Source: an uncultured Chlorobiaceae bacterium
Lineage (GTDB): Bacteria; Bacteroidota; Ignavibacteria; UBA10030; SZUA-254
NCBI GenBank assembly: GCA_964410105.1
Contig: CAYPFY010000003.1
Coordinates: forward strand, 16,754 to 80,753
Direction of reading: 5' to 3'
Length of the DNA: 64,000 bases
Under the pieces are notes generated by a model. It searched no databases. It was not told the DNA's origin and was given only the letters and a program-made list of their open reading frames with translations. A program made the translations under genes and the position numbers. Below are positions 9,865-19,768 of this stretch, one piece after another (positions within the stretch are counted from its first letter, which is position 1; each line of letters begins with the position of its first letter).

Positions 9865-11114
9865 GACCCCGCCTCCTTGTCCAGCCCGAAGATGTGCCGG
9901 ATGATCGAGACTTTTGCCCGGGTTTCCGTCGAACCGCTTTTCAGATTGACCATCGGGGCGTGGAGGATCTTGTTCACGATCCGCTTCGTCATCGTTTCGA
10001 TTTCCGCACGGCTCTCCGGGGAAAACCGGCTGAGGTGCTTTTCAACCTCCTCCGTGCGAATGAATTCAAAATGCTCGCGCAGCTGCTGAATCGTCGGGGT
10101 GACATCGAGCGAGTCATACCAGTGCGTGAAGCGGGTCAGCTCGTCGAGGATGATCTGCTCGACCTTCGGGATCTCGTCCCGGCGGTGCCGGAGGTTCCTG
10201 TCGACGGCATGGTTGAGGACGTCGATATCCTTGAGAAAGACGTTTTCAATGGAATTCGCGGAAGGGTCAATGTTCCTCGGAACCCCGATGTCGATGATGA
10301 ACAAGGGGCGCTTTTCCCTCGATCTCATGGCACGACGAAGGTCCTCGGCGGAGAGTATGTACGCCGGGGATTCGACCGAGCTTATGAGAATGTCGACCCG
10401 GTGGATTTCCCCCATCATGCGGTCCATGTCGACGACCTCGGCCCCAAGATCCGCCGCAAGCTCGGCCGCGCGCTCCCTCGTGCGGTTGGCGATGAGGAGC
10501 GTCCCGAGACCCCTTCCGGCCAGATGCCGCGCCGTGAGTTTTCCCGTTTCACCGGCCCCGATGAGAAGGGCCGTTCTGCGGGAAAAGTCTTCAAAGATTT
10601 TTGTCGCAAGCTCTGCCGCAGCATAGCTGACCGATACGGCCCCTTCGCCGATCTCCGTTTCGGTCCGGGCCCGCTTGCCGGTGTGAAACGCAGCGTCAAA
10701 CAGGCGGCTCATGATCGCGCCCGTAAACCTCTGCTCCCGGGCCGAAGCGTAGGCCTCCTTCATCTGGGAGAGAATCTGGTCCTCGCCGAGCACCATCGAA
10801 TCGATCCCGGAGGCGACGCTGAATATGTGCCTCACGGCGTGCGCCGAAGTGAAATTGTAAAAATGCTTTTCCTCAAAATCTGACCCATTTTTATTCCGCG
10901 CCAGAATGGTCCAGAGCGGCGAGCCGTTCACGTCGCCGGGAATATAATAAAGCTCCGTCCGGTTGCACGTCGAGACGAGGACCGCTTCACGAACGAGCTT
11001 TTTTGCAAAAAGCTCCGAAAGTGCTCGCGCGGATTCCACGGCCGAGAACCAGAATTTCTCCCGGATCTCAACCGGAGCCGTCCGGTGATTTATGCCGATG
11101 CAGCCGATGTTCAC
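9861..11114 (-). CDS. hemA: glutamyl-tRNA reductase
   Basis: The protein contains NIGCIGINHRTAPVEIREKF and LVSTCNRTELY (catalytic Cys) plus the NADPH-binding GAGETGKLTARHL. The ATG-initiated ORF would add 41 non-homologous residues, so the probable start is the in-frame GTG at 11112-11114 (VNIGC...). That start gives about 417 aa and a 14-nt gap to the upstream gene. Confidence 0.85.
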   Translation of the reverse strand: MNIGCIGINHRTAPVEIREKFWFSAVESARALSELFAKKLVREAVLVSTCNRTELYYIPGDVNGSPLWTILARNKNGSDFEEKHFYNFTSAHAVRHIFSVASGIDSMVLGEDQILSQMKEAYASAREQRFTGAIMSRLFDAAFHTGKRARTETEIGEGAVSVSYAAAELATKIFEDFSRRTALLIGAGETGKLTARHLAGRGLGTLLIANRTRERAAELAADLGAEVVDMDRMMGEIHRVDILISSVESPAYILSAEDLRRAMRSREKRPLFIIDIGVPRNIDPSANSIENVFLKDIDVLNHAVDRNLRHRRDEIPKVEQIILDELTRFTHWYDSLDVTPTIQQLREHFEFIRTEEVEKHLSRFSPESRAEIETMTKRIVNKILHAPMVNLKSGSTETRAKVSIIRHIFGLDKEAGS

Positions 11115-11128
11115 TCGAGGGAGCCGAC

Positions 11129-11950
11129 TCAGTAGAATTTGTGAAAACCGCTGAAGAACATGTTGATGATGGTCATGGAGAACATCGCGATGGCAAACCC
11201 CATCATCGAGATGACCATGATCCGCCTTCCCTGCCATCCGGCCACTTTTTTCGCTCCAAGCTCGACCCCGTAGATAAGCCAGATCATAGCCGTCCCGATG
11301 AGTTTCGGGTCGGTATAGGGGGATCCCGATACGCTCGGCAGCCAGATCAGCCCGAGGATGATCGCCACCGTCAGGAGTATGAATCCGAAAACCGTCGCAG
11401 TGAAACTCATTCTCTCAAGGATTTCCAGGTTGGGAAGACGCTTGTAGATGACCCCGAACTGGCTCGATTTTATGTCGTGATATAACATCAGGTAGAGGAA
11501 TCCATAGACGGCCGAGATGGTGATCGCGGCATAGCCTAATAGCGCGCTCGTGACATGAAACCCGAGGAGATTATTCCTCAAAATCGGGGGTATTTCCGCC
11601 ACTTCCCGTATAAACAGAGACGAGATGAGCTGGAAGAAAAAAGGGAACATCAGAATGAAATAGCCCGTCGCGCTGTTCTTCGTCCTCATTTCAATGTACG
11701 TGTAAGAGACGGTGACGGTGAAGGCGATCAGCGAAAAGAGTTCAAATACGGATGTGATGGGGGGGTGCCCGAACTGGATCGTCCGGAGCGCTATATACAG
11801 GGCATGGACAAGGACAGTTGTGCGAAGGAGCGGCGTTTTGAGGTTCCCGAAGTACCTGATGCCGCTGAAAAACGATTTCGCGTAAGCCCAGATGGCGGCA
11901 AAATAGAGAAGCGGGAGCAGTACCTCGAACAGGCCGATAAGTGTACGCAT
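11129..11950 (-). CDS. cytochrome c assembly protein family membrane protein (HemX/CcsA-like) located upstream of hemA
   Basis: 273 aa with about 8 predicted transmembrane helices. It carries a Trp-rich WAYAKSFF region. The family and its position next to hemA resemble Bacillus HemX. Confidence 0.65.
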   Translation of the reverse strand: MRTLIGLFEVLLPLLYFAAIWAYAKSFFSGIRYFGNLKTPLLRTTVLVHALYIALRTIQFGHPPITSVFELFSLIAFTVTVSYTYIEMRTKNSATGYFILMFPFFFQLISSLFIREVAEIPPILRNNLLGFHVTSALLGYAAITISAVYGFLYLMLYHDIKSSQFGVIYKRLPNLEILERMSFTATVFGFILLTVAIILGLIWLPSVSGSPYTDPKLIGTAMIWLIYGVELGAKKVAGWQGRRIMVISMMGFAIAMFSMTIINMFFSGFHKFY

Positions 11951-12043
11951 GGAGGCAGAATCTTAACGGAAGATACCTATTCCAGCCGCCATTTTCAAGA
12001 ATTTTAAACGGCTCACGGCTCCTGAATGCGGGCGGAGCTCATC

Positions 12044-12072
12044 TTGCAACTCCACCCCCTCTTTGTTATATT
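12044..12072 (+). promoter_or_regulatory. candidate sigma70-like promoter (TTGCAA-N17-TATATT) 6 nt upstream of the peptidase start
   Basis: TTGCAA at 12044-12049 is followed by a 17-nt spacer and TATATT at 12067-12072, with ATGATG at 12079. No RBS is evident, so the transcript may be short-leadered. The organism may use non-canonical promoters. Confidence 0.3.
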
Positions 12073-12078
12073 GAATTG

Positions 12079-13470
12079 ATGATGGAACGTGTTCTCGATT
12101 ACATAGCTCAGAATAAGCTCCGCCATGTTGATGAGCTTAAAACTCTCCTTGAGATTCCGAGCATAAGCACCAACCCGGAAAACAAACCCGATGTTGAACG
12201 GTGCGCGACCTGGGTCGCCGATCACCTGCGCCAGATCGGGATGCAGAATGTCACTCTGTTCCCCACGGCCGGTCACCCGGTTGTCTACGCGGACTGGCTC
12301 CACGCCCCGGGCAAACCGACCGTGCTTTTTTACGGCCACTACGACGTCCAGCCCGTCGACCCTCTGAATCTCTGGACCTCGGCCCCGTTCGAACCCGAAA
12401 TCCGCGGCGAGAATCTCTATGCTCGCGGGTCCGCCGACGATAAAGGCCAGGTCTTTATACACCTTAAGAGCGTCGAGGCTTTTTTGAGAATCCAGGGAAG
12501 CCTCCCCGTCAACCTGAAGATGATCATAGAAGGGGAGGAGGAGATCGGGAGCGAACACCTGCAATCCTTCGTTGAGGGGCAGAAAAAGCTGCTGGAGGCC
12601 GATCTCGTCCTCATCTCCGATACATCGATGTTTGCCCGCGGCGTCCCGTCGGTCTGCTACGGTCTCCGGGGACTGGCCTATATGCAGGTTGAGCTCGTCG
12701 GGCCCGACAAGGATCTCCACTCGGGTTCGTTCGGCGGCTCCGTGCATAATCCCATCCAGGCTCTCTCGGAACTTATCTCCCAGCTTCACGACCGCGACGG
12801 CCGCATCACCATCCCGGGCTTTTATGACGATGTCAGGAAGCTGACGCCCCGGGAACGCGCGGCGTATAAGAAACTCCCCTGGAACGACAGGAATTACGCT
12901 CGCGGCCTCGGAGTCGCCTCGCTTTACGGCGAGAAGGGCTTCACGACCCTCGAAAGGCTCTGGGCCCGCCCGACTCTCGAGTGTAACGGCATCTGGGGAG
13001 GTTTCACAGGCGAAGGGGCGAAGACGGTCCTGCCGTCGAAAGCCTCGGCAAAGATTTCAATGAGACTCGTCCCCGACCAGAAATCCGACCGTATCGCCGG
13101 CCTCTTCACGAAACATTTCAGAAAGATCACTCCAAGGACAGTCAAGGTTTCCGTGAATTATCTTCACGGAGGCGAGGCGGCTATCACTCCGATCGAAAGC
13201 CCCGGCGTCCAGGCCGCCGCCAGGGCGCTTGAAAAAGGATTTGGGAAGAAACCGCTCTTCCAGAGGGAAGGGGGATCGATCCCGATCGTTGTCCAGTTCA
13301 AAGAGCTGCTCGGGCTCGACACTGTGCTCCTCGGGTTCGGCCTGCCTGATGAAAACGCGCACGCCCCGGATGAGTTCATCAACCTCGAAAATTTCTACGG
13401 CGGCATCAGAACCGTCGCCCATTTTTACAACGAACTGCCTCGCTTCATCTCCGACGGAAGAAAGGGCTAA
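12079..13470 (+). CDS. M20 family metallopeptidase (dipeptidase / ArgE-DapE-CPG2 family)
   Basis: The internal Met start (MMERVLDY...) is used. Motifs present are GHYDVQP, ARGSADDKGQ and IIEGEEEIGS, which are the M20 metal-binding and catalytic blocks. A dimerisation-domain segment is also present. Confidence 0.85.
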   Translation: MMERVLDYIAQNKLRHVDELKTLLEIPSISTNPENKPDVERCATWVADHLRQIGMQNVTLFPTAGHPVVYADWLHAPGKPTVLFYGHYDVQPVDPLNLWTSAPFEPEIRGENLYARGSADDKGQVFIHLKSVEAFLRIQGSLPVNLKMIIEGEEEIGSEHLQSFVEGQKKLLEADLVLISDTSMFARGVPSVCYGLRGLAYMQVELVGPDKDLHSGSFGGSVHNPIQALSELISQLHDRDGRITIPGFYDDVRKLTPRERAAYKKLPWNDRNYARGLGVASLYGEKGFTTLERLWARPTLECNGIWGGFTGEGAKTVLPSKASAKISMRLVPDQKSDRIAGLFTKHFRKITPRTVKVSVNYLHGGEAAITPIESPGVQAAARALEKGFGKKPLFQREGGSIPIVVQFKELLGLDTVLLGFGLPDENAHAPDEFINLENFYGGIRTVAHFYNELPRFISDGRKG

Positions 13471-13525
13471 CGATTTCCGTGACCGGCGCGCTCCCTCCCC
13501 CGCGGGCGCCCCGATCACATCCAGG

Positions 13526-14791
13526 ATGTACCCAATGAAGTTTACCGTACTATTGATCTCCCTCGCCGCGCTTTCGTGCAAGGTCGGCAATATGACCGGG
13601 CCGGGACAGAATGGGCAGGTCCCCGTCAACCGTCCCCCCGGCACTCCGGCGTACTTGCGCGCAACCGCGCTCTCCGCTTCGCTGATCGAAGTCGAATGGA
13701 TCGATACCTCACGCATCGCCTCGGGATTTGCCGTCGAAAGGCTCATCAGGGGCGACAGCACCTGGGATTTTGTCGACTCCGTCGTCGCCCCGGCAACCAA
13801 GTACCAGGACGCAGGCCTGCGCTGCGCCAGCACCTACTCGTACCGCGTGTACGCCTATAACGACCTTGGCCGCTCGTTTAACTCGAATATCGCCGACGCC
13901 TCTACTCCCTTCGACTCCATCATCGTCGAAAAAAGCCCCGACCGCCAGGATCTTTACGGGATCGCATTCTATGACGCCCACACCGGCATCGGCGTCGGGA
14001 ACCATGGCGCCGTCATCCGCACGCTGAACGGGGGCGGGCAGTGGGATTCGGTACGCCGCGTCACCGGCGAACTTCTCCGGTCGGTCGCCCTTTCTACCGG
14101 CTCCGTCGCCATGGCTGTCGGCACCGGGGGGACGATCATCCGCTCCACCGATCGCGGCGCCTCCTGGGGAACACTGACGAGCGGCACACAAAACGATCTT
14201 CGCTCCGTCGCCTACATCGGAGGAACAAGCTGGATCGCCGTCGGCTACGGAGGCACCATCCTCCGCTCGAGCAACGCCGGGGTAACCTGGCTCCGCCTCA
14301 CGTCGGGGATCAGCGCAACGTTATATGGGGTCGCCTTCTCCGGGTCCTCGATGGGAGTCGCCTCGGGCACAGGCGGCGTCATCCTCTGGTCCTCCAACAG
14401 CGGAATCGACTGGGCGAAACAGAATAGCGAGACCGCCCGCGCCCTCTATTCAGTCTCAATGCCCGCGCCAGGCATGGCCGTCGCCGTCGGGGAACTGGGC
14501 ACCATCATCCGCACGACGGATGCCGGCGGAACCTGGGTCCCCATTTCGTGGGGATCCCTCTTTCAGCTCTATGCCGTCTCTCTCGCCGATTCTATGCATG
14601 GGGTCGCTACCGGCGCTACCGGCGGGATCGTCCATACTGAAGACGGCGGATTGACCTGGGTCCGCCAGCCTTTCTCCGTCCCCTCTATCTTCCTCGGGAT
14701 CTCCGCCCACCACGGCGGGGAGGTCACGGCGGTCGGGAGCTCAGGGACCATCGTCCATACCGTCTCCTGCTCCGGCGGCTCCCCTCCGTGA
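13526..14791 (+). CDS. lipoprotein with a fibronectin type III domain and a BNR/Ycf48-like beta-propeller
   Basis: Signal peptide with lipobox (MYPMKFTVLLISLAALSC). The FN3-like segment reads LRATALSASLIEVEWID...YSYRVYAYNDLGRS. At least 7 Asp-box/BNR repeats of type S/T-x-D/N-x-G-x-T/S-W follow (STDRGASW, SSNAGVTW, SSNSGIDW, TTDAGGTW, TEDGGLTW ...). Confidence 0.7.
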   Translation: MYPMKFTVLLISLAALSCKVGNMTGPGQNGQVPVNRPPGTPAYLRATALSASLIEVEWIDTSRIASGFAVERLIRGDSTWDFVDSVVAPATKYQDAGLRCASTYSYRVYAYNDLGRSFNSNIADASTPFDSIIVEKSPDRQDLYGIAFYDAHTGIGVGNHGAVIRTLNGGGQWDSVRRVTGELLRSVALSTGSVAMAVGTGGTIIRSTDRGASWGTLTSGTQNDLRSVAYIGGTSWIAVGYGGTILRSSNAGVTWLRLTSGISATLYGVAFSGSSMGVASGTGGVILWSSNSGIDWAKQNSETARALYSVSMPAPGMAVAVGELGTIIRTTDAGGTWVPISWGSLFQLYAVSLADSMHGVATGATGGIVHTEDGGLTWVRQPFSVPSIFLGISAHHGGEVTAVGSSGTIVHTVSCSGGSPP

Positions 14792-15327
14792 GGATTTATA
14801 CCCGGAAGGGAGACAAAGGCGAAACCTCGTTTTTCGGCGGGAAAAGAGTTTTGAAAAACTCCCTCCGCATCGAAACCTACGGGACCGTCGATGAACTGAA
14901 TAGCATCGTCGGGGTCTGCCGGTCTCTCAACACGGTCAGCGAAATTGACGGAATTCTTGAAAGAATTCAGAACGATCTCTTCGTGCTCGGAGCCGAACTC
15001 GCAACGGTCTCGCCCCCGAAGAAGAGTTCTCCCCGGATCCTCGCCAAAGACATCTCCCGCCTTGAAATGGAGATCGATACGATCGAGGCCCTTCTCAAGC
15101 CGCTCAAACACTTCATCCTTCCCGGCGGCAACCGCACCGCCGCCATGATTCATTTCGCCCGGACTGTATGCCGCAGAGCTGAGAGGCTCGCCGTGAGCCT
15201 GTCACGGAAAGAATCGGTCAGCGACGTCTCTGTCGCCTACCTCAACCGGCTTTCAGACCTGCTGTTCGTTCTGGCGCGCCGGATCAATTCTCTCGGGAAT
15301 TCTCCCGAACGAGAGTGGAATCCATAA
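14788..15327 (+). CDS. ATP:cob(I)alamin adenosyltransferase, PduO-type
   Basis: 179 aa. The N-terminus MRIYTRKGDKGETSFFGGKRV is the hallmark of the PduO/MMAB family. Its start overlaps the stop of the upstream lipoprotein gene. Confidence 0.85.
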   Translation: MRIYTRKGDKGETSFFGGKRVLKNSLRIETYGTVDELNSIVGVCRSLNTVSEIDGILERIQNDLFVLGAELATVSPPKKSSPRILAKDISRLEMEIDTIEALLKPLKHFILPGGNRTAAMIHFARTVCRRAERLAVSLSRKESVSDVSVAYLNRLSDLLFVLARRINSLGNSPEREWNP

Positions 15328-15614
15328 TACCCCGGGGTTTTCGAAATCTGGCTTCACAACGGAGTGGCTGAAGGGGGGCGCTCGGAGAGGAAATAAAAAA
15401 CCGGGCGAGTATGGCATTCCAACTTGGGAGGCGAAGTCAGAAACCGTGGGTCCCGCCCGGTTGATACCAAGATAATACAACGGCTGACAAAAGTCAAGGT
15501 TTTTTTAGTGTCGCCCCCCGATTCTGCGCTCGATCGGCCGGAAAACCCTTTGACTTTCAGGCTATTTCTTTCTATATTCCCGTGCTTCCTGAGCGAAAAC
15601 TCGAATAAAATTCC

Positions 15615-16055
15615 GTGCTGACTGAATTCGGACGAATTTTTATCTTCTTTATCGTCGGCGTCATTTTCGTCGCCGGAGGTCTCATCACCGCATGGCTGGT
15701 CCGCCCCAAGCGATGGTATCCCAATAAGTTGACGTCTTATGAATGCGGCGAAGAACCGGTCGGCGATTCCTGGGTCAGATTCAACATCCGGTTTTATGTC
15801 GTCGCCCTGATTTTTCTCGTCTTCGACGTCGAAGTCATCTTTCTTTTTCCCTGGGCTGTCGTCTACCAGAAACTCGGGATGTTCGCTTTTGTCGAAATGC
15901 TGATTTTTATCGCGATCCTGCTCCTCGGATATGCCTATGTCTGGAGGAAAGGGGATCTCGACTGGGATAAGCCTGAGCCCATGATCCCTACCCTCCCCTC
16001 ATCAGCCCCGCGTGACGAAATGGAACTTGCCAGACCTTATGGGACTCCTCGATAA
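15615..16055 (+). CDS. nuoA: NADH-quinone oxidoreductase subunit A
   Basis: The protein contains [40 protein letters not shown]. It has a short Pro-rich C-terminal tail that overlaps the nuoB start. Confidence 0.85.
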   Translation: MLTEFGRIFIFFIVGVIFVAGGLITAWLVRPKRWYPNKLTSYECGEEPVGDSWVRFNIRFYVVALIFLVFDVEVIFLFPWAVVYQKLGMFAFVEMLIFIAILLLGYAYVWRKGDLDWDKPEPMIPTLPSSAPRDEMELARPYGTPR

Positions 16056-16533
16056 ACAGTTCAATAACAGCAATGTTGTGATCACTTCCCTCGATAACCT
16101 GCTCAACTGGGCCCGGTTATCGTCCCTCTGGCAGATGCAGTTCGGCCTCGCCTGCTGCGCCATCGAGATGATGGCGACCTCCGCCTCCCACTACGACTTC
16201 GACCGATATGGCGTGATCCCCCGGGCAACCCCACGGCAATCCGATCTCATGATCGTCGCAGGGACGGTGACTCTGAAGATGGCGATACGCATCAAACGCC
16301 TCTACGACCAGATGTCTGAGCCGCGCTACGTGATCTCCATGGGAAGCTGTTCGAACTGCGGAGGGCCCTACTGGGAGCACGGTTACCACGTACTCAAAGG
16401 GGTCGATCGTGTCATACCCGTCGATGTCTATGTCCCCGGCTGCCCCCCGCGGCCCGAGGCTCTGATGGAAGGCGTCATCAAATTGCAGGAGAAGATCCGG
16501 AACGAAAGCCTGGTGAAGGCGAACCGCGTATGA
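16012..16533 (+). CDS. nuoB: NADH-quinone oxidoreductase subunit B
   Basis: The protein contains [18 protein letters not shown] and [10 protein letters not shown] with [16 protein letters not shown], which are the N2 cluster ligands. The start could instead be the downstream Met at about 16039. Confidence 0.9.
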   Translation: MTKWNLPDLMGLLDKQFNNSNVVITSLDNLLNWARLSSLWQMQFGLACCAIEMMATSASHYDFDRYGVIPRATPRQSDLMIVAGTVTLKMAIRIKRLYDQMSEPRYVISMGSCSNCGGPYWEHGYHVLKGVDRVIPVDVYVPGCPPRPEALMEGVIKLQEKIRNESLVKANRV

Positions 16534-16991
16534 CTCCTACCGAGATCGGCGAGAGGCTCAAGTCGGCATTTTCCGAAAAAATCATCGACGTGAAACCGGG
16601 GGGAGAAGCGAAGGTTTCCCCGGCAAGTATAAGGGAGTTAGCAAAATTTCTCCGGGACGAACTTCAGTTCGACTACCTGATGTGCCTGAGCGGGATGGAT
16701 TACGGGAAAAATGTCCTGGGAGTGGTCTATAACATCGCCTCAGTGAGCACCAAGGTGAAGTATACGCTGAAACTCGAGGTTCCCGCCGACAATCCCGACG
16801 TCCCCTCCGTCTTCGAGATCTGGCCTTCGGCGAACTGGCATGAGCGTGAGGCTTACGACCTTTTTGGAATACGCTTTGCCGATCACCCCGATCTCCGGCG
16901 CATTCTTCTCCCGGACGACTGGGAGGGATTCCCCTTGAGGAAGGACTACAAGCTCCCCGAGTTTTATCAGGGGATGAAGGTTCCATACTGA
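16530..16991 (+). CDS. nuoC: NADH-quinone oxidoreductase subunit C
   Basis: The protein contains [39 protein letters not shown], which is the 30-kDa subunit signature. Confidence 0.85.
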   Translation: MTPTEIGERLKSAFSEKIIDVKPGGEAKVSPASIRELAKFLRDELQFDYLMCLSGMDYGKNVLGVVYNIASVSTKVKYTLKLEVPADNPDVPSVFEIWPSANWHEREAYDLFGIRFADHPDLRRILLPDDWEGFPLRKDYKLPEFYQGMKVPY

Positions 16992-16992
16992 T

Positions 16993-18147
16993 ATGTTTGA
17001 GACCCGCACCATAAGGACCAGCACCGGCCGCGCCCTCCGGACAGAGGAGATGATCGTGAATATGGGCCCCCAGCACCCCTCTACTCACGGGGTGCTCAGA
17101 CTCGAACTTGTGGTCGACGGCGAAATCGTCGTCGATGTGATCCCTCATGTCGGCTACCTCCACCGCTGTTTTGAGAAGCACGCGGAAGCAATGACGAACT
17201 ATCAGCAGGTGATACCGTACTGCGACCGGATGGACTATGTGGCCGCCATGAATATGGAGTACGGATATGTTCTCGGGGTGGAGAGGCTGCTCGGAATCCA
17301 GGTTCCCGAACGGGTGGAGTATATCAGGGTGATCATGCTCGAACTCCAGCGCATCGCCTCTCACCTGATCGCCCTCGGCACCTACGGACTCGATATCGGC
17401 GCATTCACGCCGTTCCTCCTCATGTTCCGCGACCGTGAACGGATTCTCGATCTCTTCGAGACCACCTGCGGAGCCCGGCTTCTCTATAATTACATCTGGG
17501 TGGGCGGTCTGTCTCATGACCTCCCCCCGGGATTCGTCGATAAAGCAAAGGCATTCTGCCACTACTTCCGCCCGAATATCAAGGAGTTCAACGATCTGCT
17601 ATCGTATAACGAGATTTTTGTGAAACGGACGGCAAACGTCGGCGTCCTGCCCGCCAGGGTGGGGATCGCCTATGGCTGCTCAGGCCCCATGCTCCGCGGC
17701 TCAGGCGTCGACTGGGACCTCCGGCGCGATGACCCCTATTCGATCTATGATCGCTTCCAGTGGGCAGTTCAGGTGGGGCGAGGGGAAGCGGGAACCGTCG
17801 GAGACTGCTGGGACCGGTATATGGTCCGGATGCGAGAAATGGAGCAGAGCGTCTCGATTATTGAACAGGCCCTCGAAAATATTCCGCCGGGCGACGTTCA
17901 GTCCGCCGTCCCGCGCCGCATCCGTCCGAACGCAGGCGACATCTATGTCCGCACCGAGTCCTCGCGCGGCGAGCTCGGCTTCTACATTGTAAGCGACGGG
18001 TCGACGAGCCCCTACCGCGTGAAGGCGCGCTCGCCGTCCTTCGTCAACCTGAGCGTGATGCCAGAAATCTGCCGCGGCTCGATGATCGCCGACATCATCG
18101 CCATCACCGGAAGCACCGATATCGTCCTCGGGGAAGTGGACCGCTGA
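16993..18147 (+). CDS. nuoD: NADH-quinone oxidoreductase subunit D
   Basis: The protein contains [18 protein letters not shown] and [10 protein letters not shown], which are the 49-kDa subunit blocks. Confidence 0.9.
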   Translation: MFETRTIRTSTGRALRTEEMIVNMGPQHPSTHGVLRLELVVDGEIVVDVIPHVGYLHRCFEKHAEAMTNYQQVIPYCDRMDYVAAMNMEYGYVLGVERLLGIQVPERVEYIRVIMLELQRIASHLIALGTYGLDIGAFTPFLLMFRDRERILDLFETTCGARLLYNYIWVGGLSHDLPPGFVDKAKAFCHYFRPNIKEFNDLLSYNEIFVKRTANVGVLPARVGIAYGCSGPMLRGSGVDWDLRRDDPYSIYDRFQWAVQVGRGEAGTVGDCWDRYMVRMREMEQSVSIIEQALENIPPGDVQSAVPRRIRPNAGDIYVRTESSRGELGFYIVSDGSTSPYRVKARSPSFVNLSVMPEICRGSMIADIIAITGSTDIVLGEVDR

Positions 18148-19166
18148 TGGATCAGTTCCTCAAGGCCACGCTGGGAAGCGACCTCCTCGCCTACGTCGTC
18201 ATGGCGGCGCTTCCTCTCGCCTGGATCCTTCCCTACGCGCTCTTTGCCGTCTGGCTCGAGCGCAAGGTTTCGGCCCATATGCAGGACCGGCTCGGCCCGA
18301 TGCGCGTCGGAGGATGGCACGGATGGGCCCAGACTCTTGCCGATATCCTCAAGCTGATCCAGAAGGAAGACATCGTTCCCGCGGCCGCCGACAAGACGCT
18401 TCACTTTCTTGCTCCCTGGGTCGTGTTCATCGGCTCGTACGCGGCTTTCGCGGCGATTCCCTTCAGCAGCGCGTTCGTCGGAAGCAATATCAATCTCGGA
18501 CTCTTTTATGTGATCGCCGTTTCGTCCCTCGTCGTCGTGGGGCTCCTCATGGCCGGCTGGTCGTCCAACAATAAATGGTCCCTGTTCGGAGCCATGCGCT
18601 CCGCCGCCCAGATCGTGAGTTACGAGATTCCGACCATTCTCGCCCTGCTCGCCGTGGTCATGATCGCCGGCACCCTGAATCTCCAGGAGATCAACCAGCA
18701 GCAGACCGGGTGGTTCTGGAACTGGTTTATTTTCAAAAAATTCCCCTTCGTCTTCGTGGCCTTCATCATCTATTTTGTGGCTTCCCTCGCCGAGACGAAC
18801 CGCACCCCGTTCGATATCCCCGAGGCGGAATCGGAACTCGTCGCAGGTTACCATACCGAGTACAGCGGGATGAAGTTTGCCCTCTTCTTCCTGGCCGAGT
18901 ATGCAAATATGTTTGCCGTCTCGGCAATTGGATCGAGCCTTTTCCTCGGAGGATGGAACAGCCCGTTCGGATCGTATCTCAGCGGCCCGCTCTGGGGCGT
19001 GTTCTGGTTCCTGTCGAAAGGGATGTTCTTTGTGTTCGTTCAGATGTGGCTGCGCTGGACCCTTCCCCGTCTGCGGGTCGATCAGCTGATGTACGTTTCA
19101 TGGAAAGTCCTCACCCCCTGGGCATTTGTCTGCATACTGGGAGTGGGATTCTGGATGATGCTCTGA
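18147..19166 (+). CDS. nuoH: NADH-quinone oxidoreductase subunit H
   Basis: The protein contains [34 protein letters not shown]. It is multi-pass. It follows nuoD directly with a shared stop/start and no nuoEFG in between. Confidence 0.9.
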   Translation: MDQFLKATLGSDLLAYVVMAALPLAWILPYALFAVWLERKVSAHMQDRLGPMRVGGWHGWAQTLADILKLIQKEDIVPAAADKTLHFLAPWVVFIGSYAAFAAIPFSSAFVGSNINLGLFYVIAVSSLVVVGLLMAGWSSNNKWSLFGAMRSAAQIVSYEIPTILALLAVVMIAGTLNLQEINQQQTGWFWNWFIFKKFPFVFVAFIIYFVASLAETNRTPFDIPEAESELVAGYHTEYSGMKFALFFLAEYANMFAVSAIGSSLFLGGWNSPFGSYLSGPLWGVFWFLSKGMFFVFVQMWLRWTLPRLRVDQLMYVSWKVLTPWAFVCILGVGFWMML

Positions 19167-19768
19167 TGGGCCGCTATTTCTCCGATATCTTCAAATCAGT
19201 CTGGACGGTCCTCATCGGGATGAAGGTGACCTTCAGGCACCTCTTCACCCCCGCCGTCACGATCCAGTATCCGGACGTCAAACTCAAGCTACCGGAGCGC
19301 GCCCGCAACCGTCTCTACGTCAATATGGACGATTGCATCGGCTGCTTCCAGTGCGATATGGCCTGCCCCGTCGACTGCTTCAAGATCGAAACGGTGAAGA
19401 GCCTCCCGACAGAAGATCTCGGCATGACATCGACAGGCCAGAAGAAACGGCTCTGGGTGCCGACGTTCGATATCGATATCGCAAAGTGCTGCTACTGCGG
19501 GCTCTGCGTCTATCCCTGCCCGACCGAATGCATCAAGATGACCGATGTGTACGAATTCTCCGAGTTCAACCGCCAGAACCTCATCTATAATTATGCGACG
19601 GTCACTGCCGACGAAGCGGCAACGATAAGGACGCGCGCTGCGGACTTTGAAAAAGAACAGGCCGCGAAAAAAGCCGCTGCCGCCCAGGCCGCCGCCGCCG
19701 CCAAGGCCGCACAGCCGCCGGCATCCGGGCCATCATCCCCCGCTCCTCCCCCGGAAAAGAAACCATGA
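19166..19768 (+). CDS. nuoI: NADH-quinone oxidoreductase subunit I (2x[4Fe-4S]) with an Ala/Pro-rich C-terminal tail
   Basis: Two C-x2-C-x2-C-x3-CP motifs are present (CIGCFQCDMACP and CCYCGLCVYPCP). The start overlaps the nuoH stop (ATGA). The last roughly 55 residues are low-complexity (AAKKAAAAQAAAAAKAAQPPASGPSSPAPPPEKKP). Confidence 0.85.
   Translation: MGRYFSDIFKSVWTVLIGMKVTFRHLFTPAVTIQYPDVKLKLPERARNRLYVNMDDCIGCFQCDMACPVDCFKIETVKSLPTEDLGMTSTGQKKRLWVPTFDIDIAKCCYCGLCVYPCPTECIKMTDVYEFSEFNRQNLIYNYATVTADEAATIRTRAADFEKEQAAKKAAAAQAAAAAKAAQPPASGPSSPAPPPEKKP

Noticed and set aside
15340-15440. Possible structured RNA or terminator (9-bp stem AACCGGGCG/CGCCCGGTT around a 45-nt loop) upstream of nuoA
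   Set aside because: The loop is too large for a terminator and no U-tract follows. There is no resemblance to a known riboregulator, so it is kept only as a note.
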